Origin: a virus
Strand: one strand, 5' to 3'
DNA: 64,000 nt
IMG/VR virus record: IMGVR_UViG_3300042731_004843
Location: 32,001-96,000 of that record
Shown piece after piece: positions 8,897 to 18,655 of the stretch. Each line of letters opens with the position of its first letter. Position 1 is the first letter of the stretch. The notes under the pieces were generated by a model, which saw only the letters and a list, made by a program, of their open reading frames with translations, was not told the DNA's origin and searched no databases. Both the position numbers and the translations under genes were made by a program.

Positions 8897-9410
8897 GTAG
8901 CTTCTCCACTATTGCTATAAACAGTTCGTACGGGATCGTGACGAACTGCCGCTTGAGTCGGCGGAAATTGATGACCAGAGCAGGCCACTCCCCGGCCAGG
9001 TTCGCGTAGTGTACCAGAGTACTCAGTGTAGATATCTCTAGGCGCCAGCCCTTCAGGCTATCGGTGTACTTGTGCTCTATGCGCCATTCGTCGATCTTCC
9101 TGATGTCACCCTTGACGTCCCGGTTACCTGAGCCAGGGGTAGTCCTGCCCCCGACGTCTCTTGCCACCCCCTTCTCCAACTTCCTGGAGACCTTGATACG
9201 TGACTTGCGCTCCTTCTTCGTGGTCACGGAGGGGCGATTGACCTGGAACTTGATGACGTACCCGTTGTCCTGGCAAGCGTCGCAAAGCAGGAACTCCTGT
9301 ACCTGCTTGTCGTCCTGCCGTATCTCGTAACGGGTAGTCTCCCTTACCCTGCCGCAACCGGAGCACCTCTTCCCGAATCCGACGTATCTGATCGCTAGTT
9401 CCAGATTCAT
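8889..9410 (-). CDS. Zn-finger + PD-(D/E)XK resolvase-like nuclease
   Basis: CSGC/CDAC; LEKGVA..PGSG..KGDI..IEHK. Confidence 0.65.
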   Translation of the reverse strand: MNLELAIRYVGFGKRCSGCGRVRETTRYEIRQDDKQVQEFLLCDACQDNGYVIKFQVNRPSVTTKKERKSRIKVSRKLEKGVARDVGGRTTPGSGNRDVKGDIRKIDEWRIEHKYTDSLKGWRLEISTLSTLVHYANLAGEWPALVINFRRLKRQFVTIPYELFIAIVEKLRD

Positions 9411-10690
9411 CGGTATCTGACGTGCTGCAGGTTGGCGTGCTCGAGCATAGCCTGCCAGAGCTGCTTCTTGAATTCCGGATCATCCGCCAGGGCGTCTAGC
9501 ACTTCTGCTTTGCCCTTGAACTTGGTATCACCAAATGTGTACGACGATCCAGCACGATGGATGATGTTGTTGGCGGTGCAGTAGGTGTAGAAGTCAAAAT
9601 CCACGTCGATCGAGGGCGGCTCGAAGAAGTACTTGAAGGTGCCCTTCGGACCCTCATGAGTGCCGGCTTTGCCCTTGACCAACTCCCAGCCTATCTCCTT
9701 CCCGATCTTCACTTCCCCGGCCTTGATGATGTCAGTCTGCCTGACCTGAATGTCGACCAGTTTGCCGTGCTTCAGCGCCCAAGATCCTCCGATCTTCCAC
9801 TCCCTGCCGTACTGTGTTTTCTTCATGTTGGCACGCACCTGGCGGACGCCGATCACGGTAGTCTCGATCTCGTCCAGCTTCGGCAGCTTGCCCTTCCAAT
9901 TGCAGTCACCGCCTCGGCAGTACCAGTTGTAGCTGCCGGAGTTGGTCTTCTTGTGCTCCATGGTCAAGGAGCCGCACTGCGGGCAGTAGTGGCGCGGGGT
10001 TAGTGCCCCGTGCACCTTCCGCATCCAACGAGTCTGCACGCTGCTGGCTGAAGCCATGCGGGCATCTTCAGAGAGGTCAGTCTCATCTTCCCAGGCGGTC
10101 AGCATCGCGTCCCACGAATCGATTGCGCCTAGTTGATAGGCGTTGGACTCGATCATGGCCACCACGGCATCCAGGTTGGCCTCGGCACAACCACGCATGA
10201 CATGGAACCTGCCGCAGCCAGTTTCGTCCTGGAGCTCTTTGATCTCTTCCTTGGTGAGGGGCTCCCTCCCGGCCTCCTTACGTCTGCGCATCTCCACCCC
10301 GATCTCATAGTCTGAGAACGGCACCCGGAACCCGATCTTCCGCGCAAACATCTTGTCGAAAGGGAATTCCATGCAGAGCATGAAGAGGTTGGTGTCATCG
10401 CCGTAGATCTTCTGCGCTTGGGCGAAGTAGTGGTAGATCAGCAGGTTCTTCCCCGCGCCCTCCGGGCCATCCACTTGGGACAGGCCGCCGGCGGGTAGAC
10501 CGCCACCGGTGTGGATGTCCAAGGAAGGGATACCGCAGGGTCGGCGTAGATCGAAACGCCCCTCCAGATCTCTGCCGCGCTGAAGCACGACTCCACGCCC
10601 ACCCAGCTCCGCTTGAAGCCCCTCGAACAGTAGATCAGGGTCTATAGTTTGTGGTCCGCTGGCTGTCGGACTAGCCGTCTTTCTTGCCAC
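9407..10690 (-). CDS. recA: RecA/UvsX-like recombinase with Zn-ribbon insertion
   Basis: SLDIHTGGGLPAG, GPEGAGKN (Walker A), AIDSW (Walker B), RQVR, GGSWALKH. Confidence 0.85.
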   Translation of the reverse strand: MARKTASPTASGPQTIDPDLLFEGLQAELGGRGVVLQRGRDLEGRFDLRRPCGIPSLDIHTGGGLPAGGLSQVDGPEGAGKNLLIYHYFAQAQKIYGDDTNLFMLCMEFPFDKMFARKIGFRVPFSDYEIGVEMRRRKEAGREPLTKEEIKELQDETGCGRFHVMRGCAEANLDAVVAMIESNAYQLGAIDSWDAMLTAWEDETDLSEDARMASASSVQTRWMRKVHGALTPRHYCPQCGSLTMEHKKTNSGSYNWYCRGGDCNWKGKLPKLDEIETTVIGVRQVRANMKKTQYGREWKIGGSWALKHGKLVDIQVRQTDIIKAGEVKIGKEIGWELVKGKAGTHEGPKGTFKYFFEPPSIDVDFDFYTYCTANNIIHRAGSSYTFGDTKFKGKAEVLDALADDPEFKKQLWQAMLEHANLQHVRYR

Positions 10691-10832
10691 CTGGTCTCCT
10701 TTCGTACGGTTCCGTCCCCTTCTTCGGATCGACGGGCACGTTGGTGTTCGGGTGAGGGTCTTTACTCCCTGCTCCTGCCCTCTTCTCTTTGGGCACCTTG
10801 TTTGGGTCGATCTCTACTGCGTACTTTTCCAC
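10671..10832 (-). CDS. small hypothetical protein (53 aa)
   Basis: GTG start after AGGAGAG RBS; fills gap between HU and recA. Confidence 0.45.
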   Translation of the reverse strand: MEKYAVEIDPNKVPKEKRAGAGSKDPHPNTNVPVDPKKGTEPYERRPGGKKDG

Positions 10833-11172
10833 GTGGTCTCTCCTTTCTTGGAAGCCCGAAACGCTTCGATAGGCTCTCCTCCTTGAATAGATCAAAAGAC
10901 CTCTTCACGCCATCCCTTAACGCGTCACAGGGCACAAAACGCACCCTACGCGACGGCGGGATCGGAACACGCTCACCAGTAGTGGCGTTACGTCCCGACC
11001 TCGCCGCCGCGTGTACGTTCTCGAAGCGTCCCAGACCTGGTATCTTCACGTCCAACCCATCTGAGAGGCCTTCCCGCACCACCTTGGCAAAGGCGCGCAA
11101 GATAGTCCTGACCTCCCTTCGGGTGTATCTGGTCTCCTCTGACAGGGCGACCACCAGATCTTGGAACTCCAT
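10762..11172 (-). CDS. hup: HU/IHF-family DNA-binding protein
   Basis: VKIPGLGRF..ARSGRNATTGE..IP..RVRF. Confidence 0.85.
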   Translation of the reverse strand: MEFQDLVVALSEETRYTRREVRTILRAFAKVVREGLSDGLDVKIPGLGRFENVHAAARSGRNATTGERVPIPPSRRVRFVPCDALRDGVKRSFDLFKEESLSKRFGLPRKERPRGKVRSRDRPKQGAQREEGRSRE

Positions 11173-11175
11173 TGT

Positions 11176-13143
11176 TTACGCCTTTGCGCTAGACCACGAG
11201 TACCCCATACCTCCGTCGACATCGAGGGGGACCAGAAGGTCCTCATCAAAGGGGTGCTCCATGATGTTGCAGACGATCCCCATGGCCTCTTTGGCGTGGA
11301 CCTCGGGTACCTCGAACATGAGCTCGTCGTGCACCTGTAGGAGCATCTCTGCTCCAAGGGATCGTAGCTCTGGGCTGAACTCGCACTTGATCATGGCCAT
11401 CTTGGCCACATCAGCCGCAGAGCCCTGGATCACACTGTTGACTGACTGCCGCTCACACTGAGCCAGCAGGGACTTGGCAGAACCCGGCAGACCCCAACGA
11501 CCCGTCTTCTGCATCATGGGGCCGATGGACGCCATGTCGTGGAACCGCCGTGGCCTACCCAGGATGGTCTCCACCATAGCGTGCTCAGCGATGAAGCCGT
11601 GCACTCCGTTGATGAAGTCACGAACCAGTGGATACGGCTGGAAGTACTGCTCCTTCAGCTCCTTGGCCCGGTCCTTTGAGACACCCAGCGTGTTAGCCAG
11701 CTTCTCAATACCCTCTCCGTAGTTCAACCCGAAGCCGATGGTCTTCGACGCCTGGCGGGCGAAGCACATGTCCTTCTCGAGCTGGCTTAGCTGGACACTG
11801 GGGTCTATGGCTGCCGCTTTCTTTCTCTTCCCAGCAGCCTTGATGTCCTCGTACTCATGGCCGAACATCAGCGAGGCCGTACCAGTGTGGATGTCCCAGC
11901 CCTTACGGATAACGTCGATCATGTTGGGGTCTTGGGAGTAGTGGGCCATGAGCCGCATCTCCAGCTGCTCGTAGTCCACGACGATCAGGATGTGGTCCTG
12001 CTTGGGCATGAACGCGGACCTGATGCCGAATTCATCTCCACCAGGACGGGGTACGTTCTGTAGGTTGGGATCCACAGAACTGAGTCGGCCAGTGACGGCC
12101 ACATGCTGGGTGAGGGTTGGGTGTATGCGCAGGTCGTCATCGGCCCACTTACGCAAACCATCTACGTAGGTGCCCTTCATCTTGACCAGGCCACGTATAC
12201 CCAGCACCAACTGTGCTGCCTCCACGCCTTTGGCGGCCAGCTTGGTCAGCACTTCTACGTCAGTGGACGGCTGCCGATTGCCGCTCGTACCACCAGAGGT
12301 GTACTTGGTAGGGGCTAGGCCCAACTTCTTGAACAGCAGTTCCCGCAGCTGCTGCACGCTGTTCGGGTTCATCTCCCGGCCTGCAATTCTGTTCAACTTC
12401 TTGTGCAGGTCGTCGATGCGCTCTTGGATCTTGGGGGACAGCTCGTCCAGGTACCCGACATCCACCATCACTCCACGCCGGCAGCATTCGTACAGCACTC
12501 GGGTAAAGGGCGCCTCCACTTCATCGAAGTAGTCCCAGAGACACATACCGTCCAGGCTATGCTGAGACTCCAGCTCCTCTCGCAGGTACTTGTACACTCG
12601 GAAGGTAGCCCAGGCGTCCAGAGATGCGTAGGAGTGTGCTTTCATTGGTTGTTCGAGCAGAACGCGCATGAACCGCTGCGCTACATCCTCACCTTTCTTG
12701 CGTTCTGGGAAGACGGACTTGAACTCGTTCATGTTGAGACCGAGGTGGTCCCACGCAGTTTCCTTCAAGCCGTGGCGGCCCATCCGGTTCTCGTCATAGA
12801 GCCAATCCATGGCCAGGGTGCAGTACGCATCACCTTTAGGCACCATGACGCCGGAGTTATGCAGCATGCAGAAGTCGAACGTCTGGTTGGTGAAGTACCA
12901 CTTCAGGTCCGAGTCGTTAGCCAGTTCTTTGTCGTAGAGATCTAACATCTCCCTAGACAGGCAGTACCGGGAACCTTCATCAGGACATGCTGACCACAAG
13001 ATCACATGGTCACGTGCCCTGTTTATGCCGGTGGTCTCTGTATCTAGGGCGCACTCTCCTGTGTCCCGTACATGCCTGGCGAACTGCATGAAACCTTCGC
13101 CAGTGTCCACGTAGGTAACTGGGGGGACGTACTGAGTTGCCAT
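11176..13143 (-). CDS. polA: DNA polymerase family A (3'-5' exonuclease + polymerase, no 5'-3' exonuclease)
   Basis: LDTETTG, TGRLSS-PNLQN, DYEQLEMR, KTIGFGLNYG, NSVIQGSAAD, QVHDEL. Confidence 0.95.
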   Translation of the reverse strand: MATQYVPPVTYVDTGEGFMQFARHVRDTGECALDTETTGINRARDHVILWSACPDEGSRYCLSREMLDLYDKELANDSDLKWYFTNQTFDFCMLHNSGVMVPKGDAYCTLAMDWLYDENRMGRHGLKETAWDHLGLNMNEFKSVFPERKKGEDVAQRFMRVLLEQPMKAHSYASLDAWATFRVYKYLREELESQHSLDGMCLWDYFDEVEAPFTRVLYECCRRGVMVDVGYLDELSPKIQERIDDLHKKLNRIAGREMNPNSVQQLRELLFKKLGLAPTKYTSGGTSGNRQPSTDVEVLTKLAAKGVEAAQLVLGIRGLVKMKGTYVDGLRKWADDDLRIHPTLTQHVAVTGRLSSVDPNLQNVPRPGGDEFGIRSAFMPKQDHILIVVDYEQLEMRLMAHYSQDPNMIDVIRKGWDIHTGTASLMFGHEYEDIKAAGKRKKAAAIDPSVQLSQLEKDMCFARQASKTIGFGLNYGEGIEKLANTLGVSKDRAKELKEQYFQPYPLVRDFINGVHGFIAEHAMVETILGRPRRFHDMASIGPMMQKTGRWGLPGSAKSLLAQCERQSVNSVIQGSAADVAKMAMIKCEFSPELRSLGAEMLLQVHDELMFEVPEVHAKEAMGIVCNIMEHPFDEDLLVPLDVDGGMGYSWSSAKA

Positions 13144-13197
13144 ATGCCCTCCGCATGGAGGGCCTCCCCTCGTAGCAGGGGAGGCCTCCCACACTAG

Positions 13198-14274
13198 TTA
13201 GAGTTCCGGCTCTTCCGCGTAGTCGCGCGCTTTGTCTTGTCCCTCGGACCCGTAGGGGTTGCGGATCTTGAGTACCTTGGCCTGCCAGTCGAAGGGGTCC
13301 GGGGAGAACACCTTCTTGAAGGGCCAGGGCTTAGCCATCTCCTTCAGGTCGTCGGATAGTTCCGTGGGAGTCCACCTGGGGACCATGATGGTGGAATCGG
13401 TATTCTCTCCCTCCCGCTTGATCTCCAGGTCACAGTCGAAGATGCTGAGCGGGGTGGGATCTTGGCACCCGTCACACTCACTCTGCTTGATGGGGAAGTC
13501 TTTGGTGCCGCACTTCGGGCACTCCATGTGGCGCGCAGTGACTTTGAGGATGTCCTCGTCCTTCATGTCCGTGTTGGCGAGGTCGATCAGAGGTTCGGCA
13601 CAGTTGGAGCACTCCCAGAGCACCTCCTCGAGCCGACCACCGCAGTTGGCGCAGTCCTTCTCGATCTCGTTCGTGATGCCCGCCAGTTGGCCCAGGTGCC
13701 GGCTACCCAGACTCAGGTGCACTTTCTTACCGAAGACCTTCTCCAGACCATCCTTGCAGTACTTGCAGCGGCGGCCTTCACAGAGCACCTTCCGGTGTAC
13801 CTGCTCGCCTTGTCGGTCACCCTTCTTGTAGACGATGGGCTTGCCGTCATCATCGAACACGGGTTCTAGGTGGTAGTAGGCGAGGTGGATAGCGTTGAAG
13901 GCGTGTAGCAGCTGCCAGCCCACACCATCGTCGCCCTTCTCGATGGCTTCACAGCCCAGGCACTTGCCGCCGACCGCGGTGAGGTCACCGTCCGTGATCT
14001 TGTACTGCTTGCTGCAGATGAAGCTCTTGTTGCTGCGCTTCACGAAGTGGTTCACGTAGGGGTAGTACTCGCTGTCCAGCCCCTCGAGGTCGGTATAGGA
14101 TCCCGGTAGCAGGCGCAGCTTAGTGGTCACACCGACAGGCGGCTTGAAGCGAGCATTCCAGCGGATGCTCAGGGAGTAGCCCTTGCCACCGCCACCGCCG
14201 CTTTCTTGACGGCGAGTGGCGTAGCCCCTTACTCGTTGGCCGAACGACGATCTGTTGCGAGATGAATGTTGCAC
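13198..14274 (-). CDS. gp32-like single-stranded DNA-binding protein with multiple Zn ribbons
   Basis: Between primase and polymerase; LRLLP..H..ICS..CLGC..DLEIKREG..TI pattern, acidic tail; GTG start with GGAGG RBS. Confidence 0.6.
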   Translation of the reverse strand: MQHSSRNRSSFGQRVRGYATRRQESGGGGGKGYSLSIRWNARFKPPVGVTTKLRLLPGSYTDLEGLDSEYYPYVNHFVKRSNKSFICSKQYKITDGDLTAVGGKCLGCEAIEKGDDGVGWQLLHAFNAIHLAYYHLEPVFDDDGKPIVYKKGDRQGEQVHRKVLCEGRRCKYCKDGLEKVFGKKVHLSLGSRHLGQLAGITNEIEKDCANCGGRLEEVLWECSNCAEPLIDLANTDMKDEDILKVTARHMECPKCGTKDFPIKQSECDGCQDPTPLSIFDCDLEIKREGENTDSTIMVPRWTPTELSDDLKEMAKPWPFKKVFSPDPFDWQAKVLKIRNPYGSEGQDKARDYAEEPEL

Positions 14275-15266
14275 GGTCTCTGCCTCCAGTGATGCCAGTC
14301 CTCTGCGTCCTCCAGGACGGCCAGTAGTTCTGGCTGGGATAGGTTGTCTGGCTGTGCCTCGTCCCCGAACTCCTCGGGGTACGTGCACACCAGTACTTCT
14401 AGGCCGCGCTGCCGCAGCCTCCTTCCTGCGTCTAGTGCGCCCTCTCTTCCTGCTTTGTTGGCGTCTAGCAGTAGGACGATGGAAGTCCCCAAGCGGCTCA
14501 GGATGCGCTCTTGCATCCATGTCATCCGACTTCCCTGCAGCGCGACTACGTTCTCGATGTCTTGCTGCAGTACCCAGATACACGCCTTGTACCCCTCCAC
14601 GATGACTAGGGTATCCAATTCACCGTGGAACGCCTGGGGCCAGACGTTGTGCATGTTCCACAGGAACTCATGGTTCTTGATGTCATAACGCTTGTAGCGT
14701 TCTTTGGTGTCGTAGTCGTCCGGCGCGTACTTCAGCAGGTCCGGAGACTTGTAGACCTTGTATCGTGGGTAGTCCCCGACCACAGTGCGCCCGGAGATAC
14801 CGACCAGATTCCCGTACAGGTCCCGGATGGGGAACGTGATACGCTGCTCGTCATGATCGAAGCCGATGTCCAGGCTTTTGAGTAGCTTCTCATCAAATCC
14901 GGCATCGACTAGATCTAACGGGCAGTACTGAAACACGCCTAGCAGCGCCTCGTTTAGGAAGTGCTCGCCGCGACCGACCTCAATAGTAGATGGATCGCGG
15001 CGACGTTTCGGCTGGAGCTTCTCCAGCTCCAGAGCAACATCTATCTGTTCTGGAGAAGAGCCCATCTTGCGCAGGAACTGGACGAACGTTCCTCGGGCGT
15101 GGCAGGAGTGGCAGTAGTACACCCCTGTATCCAGGTGCATGTAGAACGATGGCTTCTTCTCCATCCCTCCTTTGTGGAATGGGCAGGGACCGCCAATGTT
15201 ATTGGGCCCGGACATTTTGACGAAGCGCAGGTGGCGCTCTGCCATCTTTCGTACTGTGTCTCTCAT
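14229..15266 (-). CDS. dnaG: DNA primase (CHC2 zinc finger + TOPRIM)
   Basis: CPFH..PSF..YYCHSC; RITFPI; IVEGY; LLLDANKAG. Confidence 0.9.
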   Translation of the reverse strand: MRDTVRKMAERHLRFVKMSGPNNIGGPCPFHKGGMEKKPSFYMHLDTGVYYCHSCHARGTFVQFLRKMGSSPEQIDVALELEKLQPKRRRDPSTIEVGRGEHFLNEALLGVFQYCPLDLVDAGFDEKLLKSLDIGFDHDEQRITFPIRDLYGNLVGISGRTVVGDYPRYKVYKSPDLLKYAPDDYDTKERYKRYDIKNHEFLWNMHNVWPQAFHGELDTLVIVEGYKACIWVLQQDIENVVALQGSRMTWMQERILSRLGTSIVLLLDANKAGREGALDAGRRLRQRGLEVLVCTYPEEFGDEAQPDNLSQPELLAVLEDAEDWHHWRQRPCNIHLATDRRSANE

Positions 15267-16768
15267 CCGTGCCGTTTACCCTTATTCATGAGCCCCGCCG
15301 CCCAGTCCTTCATGTCTCTGGATGGTTCTGAGCGCATGCGCTCAGAGCCGTTTCTTTTTCTCTCGTTGTCTTGTTCCTTGAAGAAGTTCTTGATGTCCTC
15401 GATCTCGTAGAAGACTACGGGCTCGAGCATCGGGTTGCCGTCACCGTCCACCTGCACCACACCGGTTTCGCTGATCACCTTGCGCATCATTACGCCGAAG
15501 TCCGAAGCAGCATTGCCGTGGATAGCGAAGCCCGTCATGTTGATCTCGCGGGCACCGGTTATGGCCAGCGCCAACTCATTCACTTCTGGGTTTCTGGTAG
15601 ACTTCTTGTTGATCTCCACGGCCAGGTCGCAGTCCATGCCGTAGGAGTCAGCGAAGGCGATATTGGCCATACTCTTGCCCCTAGCCTCTTCAGATGGCCG
15701 GTTGGCCTGAGTGGTCCCAATCACTGGGATCTTGAAGTCCAGTGCTATCTCTTTGACGTCCTGGGTGATAGCAGACTGGTCATCCCACTTCACTGACCGC
15801 GTGTTCTTGCGGTCATTACGCATCAGGTACATGGCGTCCACGCAGACTAGGTCGGGCTTGTGGTCCTCGACCTTCTTACGCAGACCCAGAACACCACCAC
15901 CTCGTGGGTCGGTCCTATCGCTGGTGATGATCAGGGTCTTCCTGAATCCGGTCTCCAGCGCGCAGGTATCCTCATCTTGAGACATGGTTTCCGCAGTGGC
16001 GTAGAACCGCTCCTCCATGGTTCCGCCTTCTGGGACGGGGATCTCAGCTAGCGTGCCTTGCTTGTACGCTCGGTAGGGCGCGCCGATCAACAGGCAGATG
16101 CTACGGTCTATCATCTGCTCCGGAGTCATCTCCCTGGTGTAGACCAGAACGCGGCGGCTACTGAAGTCGTAGGCATGCGTGGCAATCTTCAGCAGCACCC
16201 ATGTCTTTAGTGACTTCGGCCTCCCGTAGAATAGGATGAACTCGCTTGTCTGCATCCCCTGGGTTTCTTTGTTCAACACGTCCCACGGGTACGGTATCCC
16301 TTGGTAGCCGTCTTGATCTCTGTGGCTCTCGTACCTGTCGATGGCCGAGGAGATGCTCTGTGACAAGATCAAATCCTGTGTCACGCGGCGTGTCCTCGCC
16401 AGGTCCCCTACAGTATTTTGGATGTCGACCAGCAGTTGGTCCGGCTTGTTGATGTTGTCCACGATGTGGTCAGACAGCACCTTCAACTCGGCACGTACGT
16501 GGTGGTCTTTGAATTCCGCAAGTACTGCATCCAGGTTGAGCCGATTTTCTCTCGGGAGATCTACAGTCGGGAAACGTTTCTCCACCATCTCTCGAGTGGG
16601 GACGTTGCCCGCGGTTCGTTTGTTTCTCCAGAACTTGAGCAGGTACTTCAGCACCATGCGGCCGTCTTCGGTCTTGAAGTCTTCCAGCCGCACGCCCTCA
16701 TCCAGCACCTTCTGTAGATCTCCGACGTCTATTACTTTGGCTATGAGTTCTAGTTCTTGGCTTGCCAT
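15263..16768 (-). CDS. dnaB: DnaB-like replicative helicase
   Basis: GRPKSLKT, REM, VDAMYLM, TQANR, DCD motifs; adjacent to primase. Confidence 0.85.
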   Translation of the reverse strand: MASQELELIAKVIDVGDLQKVLDEGVRLEDFKTEDGRMVLKYLLKFWRNKRTAGNVPTREMVEKRFPTVDLPRENRLNLDAVLAEFKDHHVRAELKVLSDHIVDNINKPDQLLVDIQNTVGDLARTRRVTQDLILSQSISSAIDRYESHRDQDGYQGIPYPWDVLNKETQGMQTSEFILFYGRPKSLKTWVLLKIATHAYDFSSRRVLVYTREMTPEQMIDRSICLLIGAPYRAYKQGTLAEIPVPEGGTMEERFYATAETMSQDEDTCALETGFRKTLIITSDRTDPRGGGVLGLRKKVEDHKPDLVCVDAMYLMRNDRKNTRSVKWDDQSAITQDVKEIALDFKIPVIGTTQANRPSEEARGKSMANIAFADSYGMDCDLAVEINKKSTRNPEVNELALAITGAREINMTGFAIHGNAASDFGVMMRKVISETGVVQVDGDGNPMLEPVVFYEIEDIKNFFKEQDNERKRNGSERMRSEPSRDMKDWAAGLMNKGKRHG

Positions 16769-16870
16769 GCTGCCTCCTGATAGAAAGCATCAAGAGTCAG
16801 CCCCGGAAACCTAGCAGTCAAGCCGCTAGGTATGGGGCCGCCGTCAGTAGAACACCACAAGATGTAGTGC

Positions 16871-17986
16871 CTATCTGGACAGTCTGCGCAGCACGTTTCC
16901 AGCCATGGCTTCGAACTCGAAACGCCTGTTCATGTCGTCGTAGTCTTGTGCGGCGCGGGTGATGGCCTGGAGAATCCCATAGTTGGTCTTGATGGGTTCC
17001 TTGTCGAACGCCTTGATGGCGGCCTCTCGGAAGTGCTTGGGAGCATCCAGCCGCTTCAGCTCGGACTCGATGAGTGCTTGAGGGTGGTCTACAGAGCTAT
17101 CCTGCATGTTGGTGAGTTGGTTGCGCGTCCGCTCCCAGCGTACTGGAGCTTGGCTGAAGACGCTCTTGAGCTGCTGGTCCAGTGCAGCGTCTTCGATGGG
17201 CCGGTGCTGCCGGTACAGCAGGCGGGAGTCACCGACAGTGATCATCATGCCGTTGAGGCAGACCAGCCGGAAGCTGAACTCATCGATGGTGATGGCAGTG
17301 AATCCTACTTCCGAATTGCGCATGTGGAAGCCCGGGTAGACCAGGTCGTCTTTGGGCAGCGCGCCCTCGGCTTCGGCGATGTCGTAAATGTTCCGCACGG
17401 CGGGGTCAGGGTGGTTGCGGTCGATGGCCCCCATGTTGATGGGGTCTCCGACCAGGGTGAAGTGGTTGCACCGATCGTCACCCCACCTGGTCTTCTTGCT
17501 CAGGTGGTTGCCCATGAACCGGAGCTCGCTGACTTCGGATCCGAACTGCCTCTCCATCCGGTCGAACAGCCGCTCATTGTCGATGGGGTGGTAGCCCGGT
17601 GACAGCACGGCACGCATGTACCCGTCGCATCCTGGTACGCCGGGAGTGCCGGGGCGGAATTTTGTGGTCCGCACCTTCCTCTTGTCTCCCGTCTTGGAGA
17701 AGCGCCGTTGCAGCTCTTCTTGTACCTGCTCATGCGTGACGAGTTTGGGGTCGAACCACTTGGCCCACTGCACCCCGAGCACAGAGCCCAACTGCTTCTG
17801 GGCCCAGTCGGTCATACGGAATGTGCCGACTTGGGGCAGCTCCAGATCTAGCTGCGGTGTGACACGGATCTTGTCCATCTCCACCACAGTGTCAGGGTTC
17901 TGGAGGGCATGCTCCTTCGCCACAACTTCTCGTACGTGGTCAAATTTGGTCAGGTTTTTCGTTTGTTCCAAGTCCAGTCCGCGCAT
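16871..17986 (-). CDS. DUF932-like phage protein
   Basis: RAVLS..Y..IDN; NSEVG..RLVCLNGM..H motif. Confidence 0.6.
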   Translation of the reverse strand: MRGLDLEQTKNLTKFDHVREVVAKEHALQNPDTVVEMDKIRVTPQLDLELPQVGTFRMTDWAQKQLGSVLGVQWAKWFDPKLVTHEQVQEELQRRFSKTGDKRKVRTTKFRPGTPGVPGCDGYMRAVLSPGYHPIDNERLFDRMERQFGSEVSELRFMGNHLSKKTRWGDDRCNHFTLVGDPINMGAIDRNHPDPAVRNIYDIAEAEGALPKDDLVYPGFHMRNSEVGFTAITIDEFSFRLVCLNGMMITVGDSRLLYRQHRPIEDAALDQQLKSVFSQAPVRWERTRNQLTNMQDSSVDHPQALIESELKRLDAPKHFREAAIKAFDKEPIKTNYGILQAITRAAQDYDDMNRRFEFEAMAGNVLRRLSR

Positions 17987-18308
17987 CTTCTTCCTCCGCT
18001 GAGGCTCCCTCACTGAAGTGGTAAGGGAGCAGGTCTTGTTCCATGGAATCGAGCAGCTCGTTCAGCAGGTTTAGGGTGCGCTCCGACCAAGTCTCTACTT
18101 GGGCCGAGCACTTACCGTGGGTGTGTAGGAGAGTTTTCTGCGTCCCTTTTACTGCGTCCTCCGCCGTCCCCTCCACGGTTGCGTAGGTCGCGGTCATTTG
18201 TGGGGACGTCGGAACCCCGGCGCGCACCTGTATGGAACGCATATTATCCACGTCTACGCTGACTACGTGCACGCCGTTGATCTTGCACGCTCCGCTAGAC
18301 ACCCTCAT
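17940..18308 (-). CDS. hypothetical protein
   Basis: ATGA-coupled ORF in operon. Confidence 0.55.
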   Translation of the reverse strand: MRVSSGACKINGVHVVSVDVDNMRSIQVRAGVPTSPQMTATYATVEGTAEDAVKGTQKTLLHTHGKCSAQVETWSERTLNLLNELLDSMEQDLLPYHFSEGASAEEEDARTGLGTNEKPDQI

Positions 18309-18655
18309 CGGTGAGACTCCGAGGCGAAGCTGTCCAGGTGCAGATCCATCTCCTCCGCGCCCTGGATGGCCGTGGTCTCTGCGATCCTACCGGCCTCTTC
18401 GAGGGCCGCTTCGATCTCCTTTCTGCTTTGCCCGCAGGTGATGGTGACGTGGGATTCCGCCTTCACGGTCATGCCGGCTTCCCTGGTCGAGTACCAGTGG
18501 CTGAACCCTCTGGTCTGCCCGGCACGTGCGTTCCCGTCTCCCAGCGGTAGGTCGGTCTTCTGTCTTTTGTTCACGCGTTTCATCCTCTCTATGCGGTCAG
18601 CCGTCTTGTTGAACAAGAAGAATGTGCCGCTTATGGTCGCGACCGCATTAGTCAT
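18305..18655 (-). CDS. hypothetical protein
   Basis: Overlap-coupled ORF in operon. Confidence 0.55.
   Translation of the reverse strand: MTNAVATISGTFFLFNKTADRIERMKRVNKRQKTDLPLGDGNARAGQTRGFSHWYSTREAGMTVKAESHVTITCGQSRKEIEAALEEAGRIAETTAIQGAEEMDLHLDSFASESHR

Noticed and set aside
16200-16230. Inactive helicase because Walker A reads GRPKSLKT
   Set aside because: Lys-Thr and the other DnaB motifs are intact, so this is probably a tolerated variant
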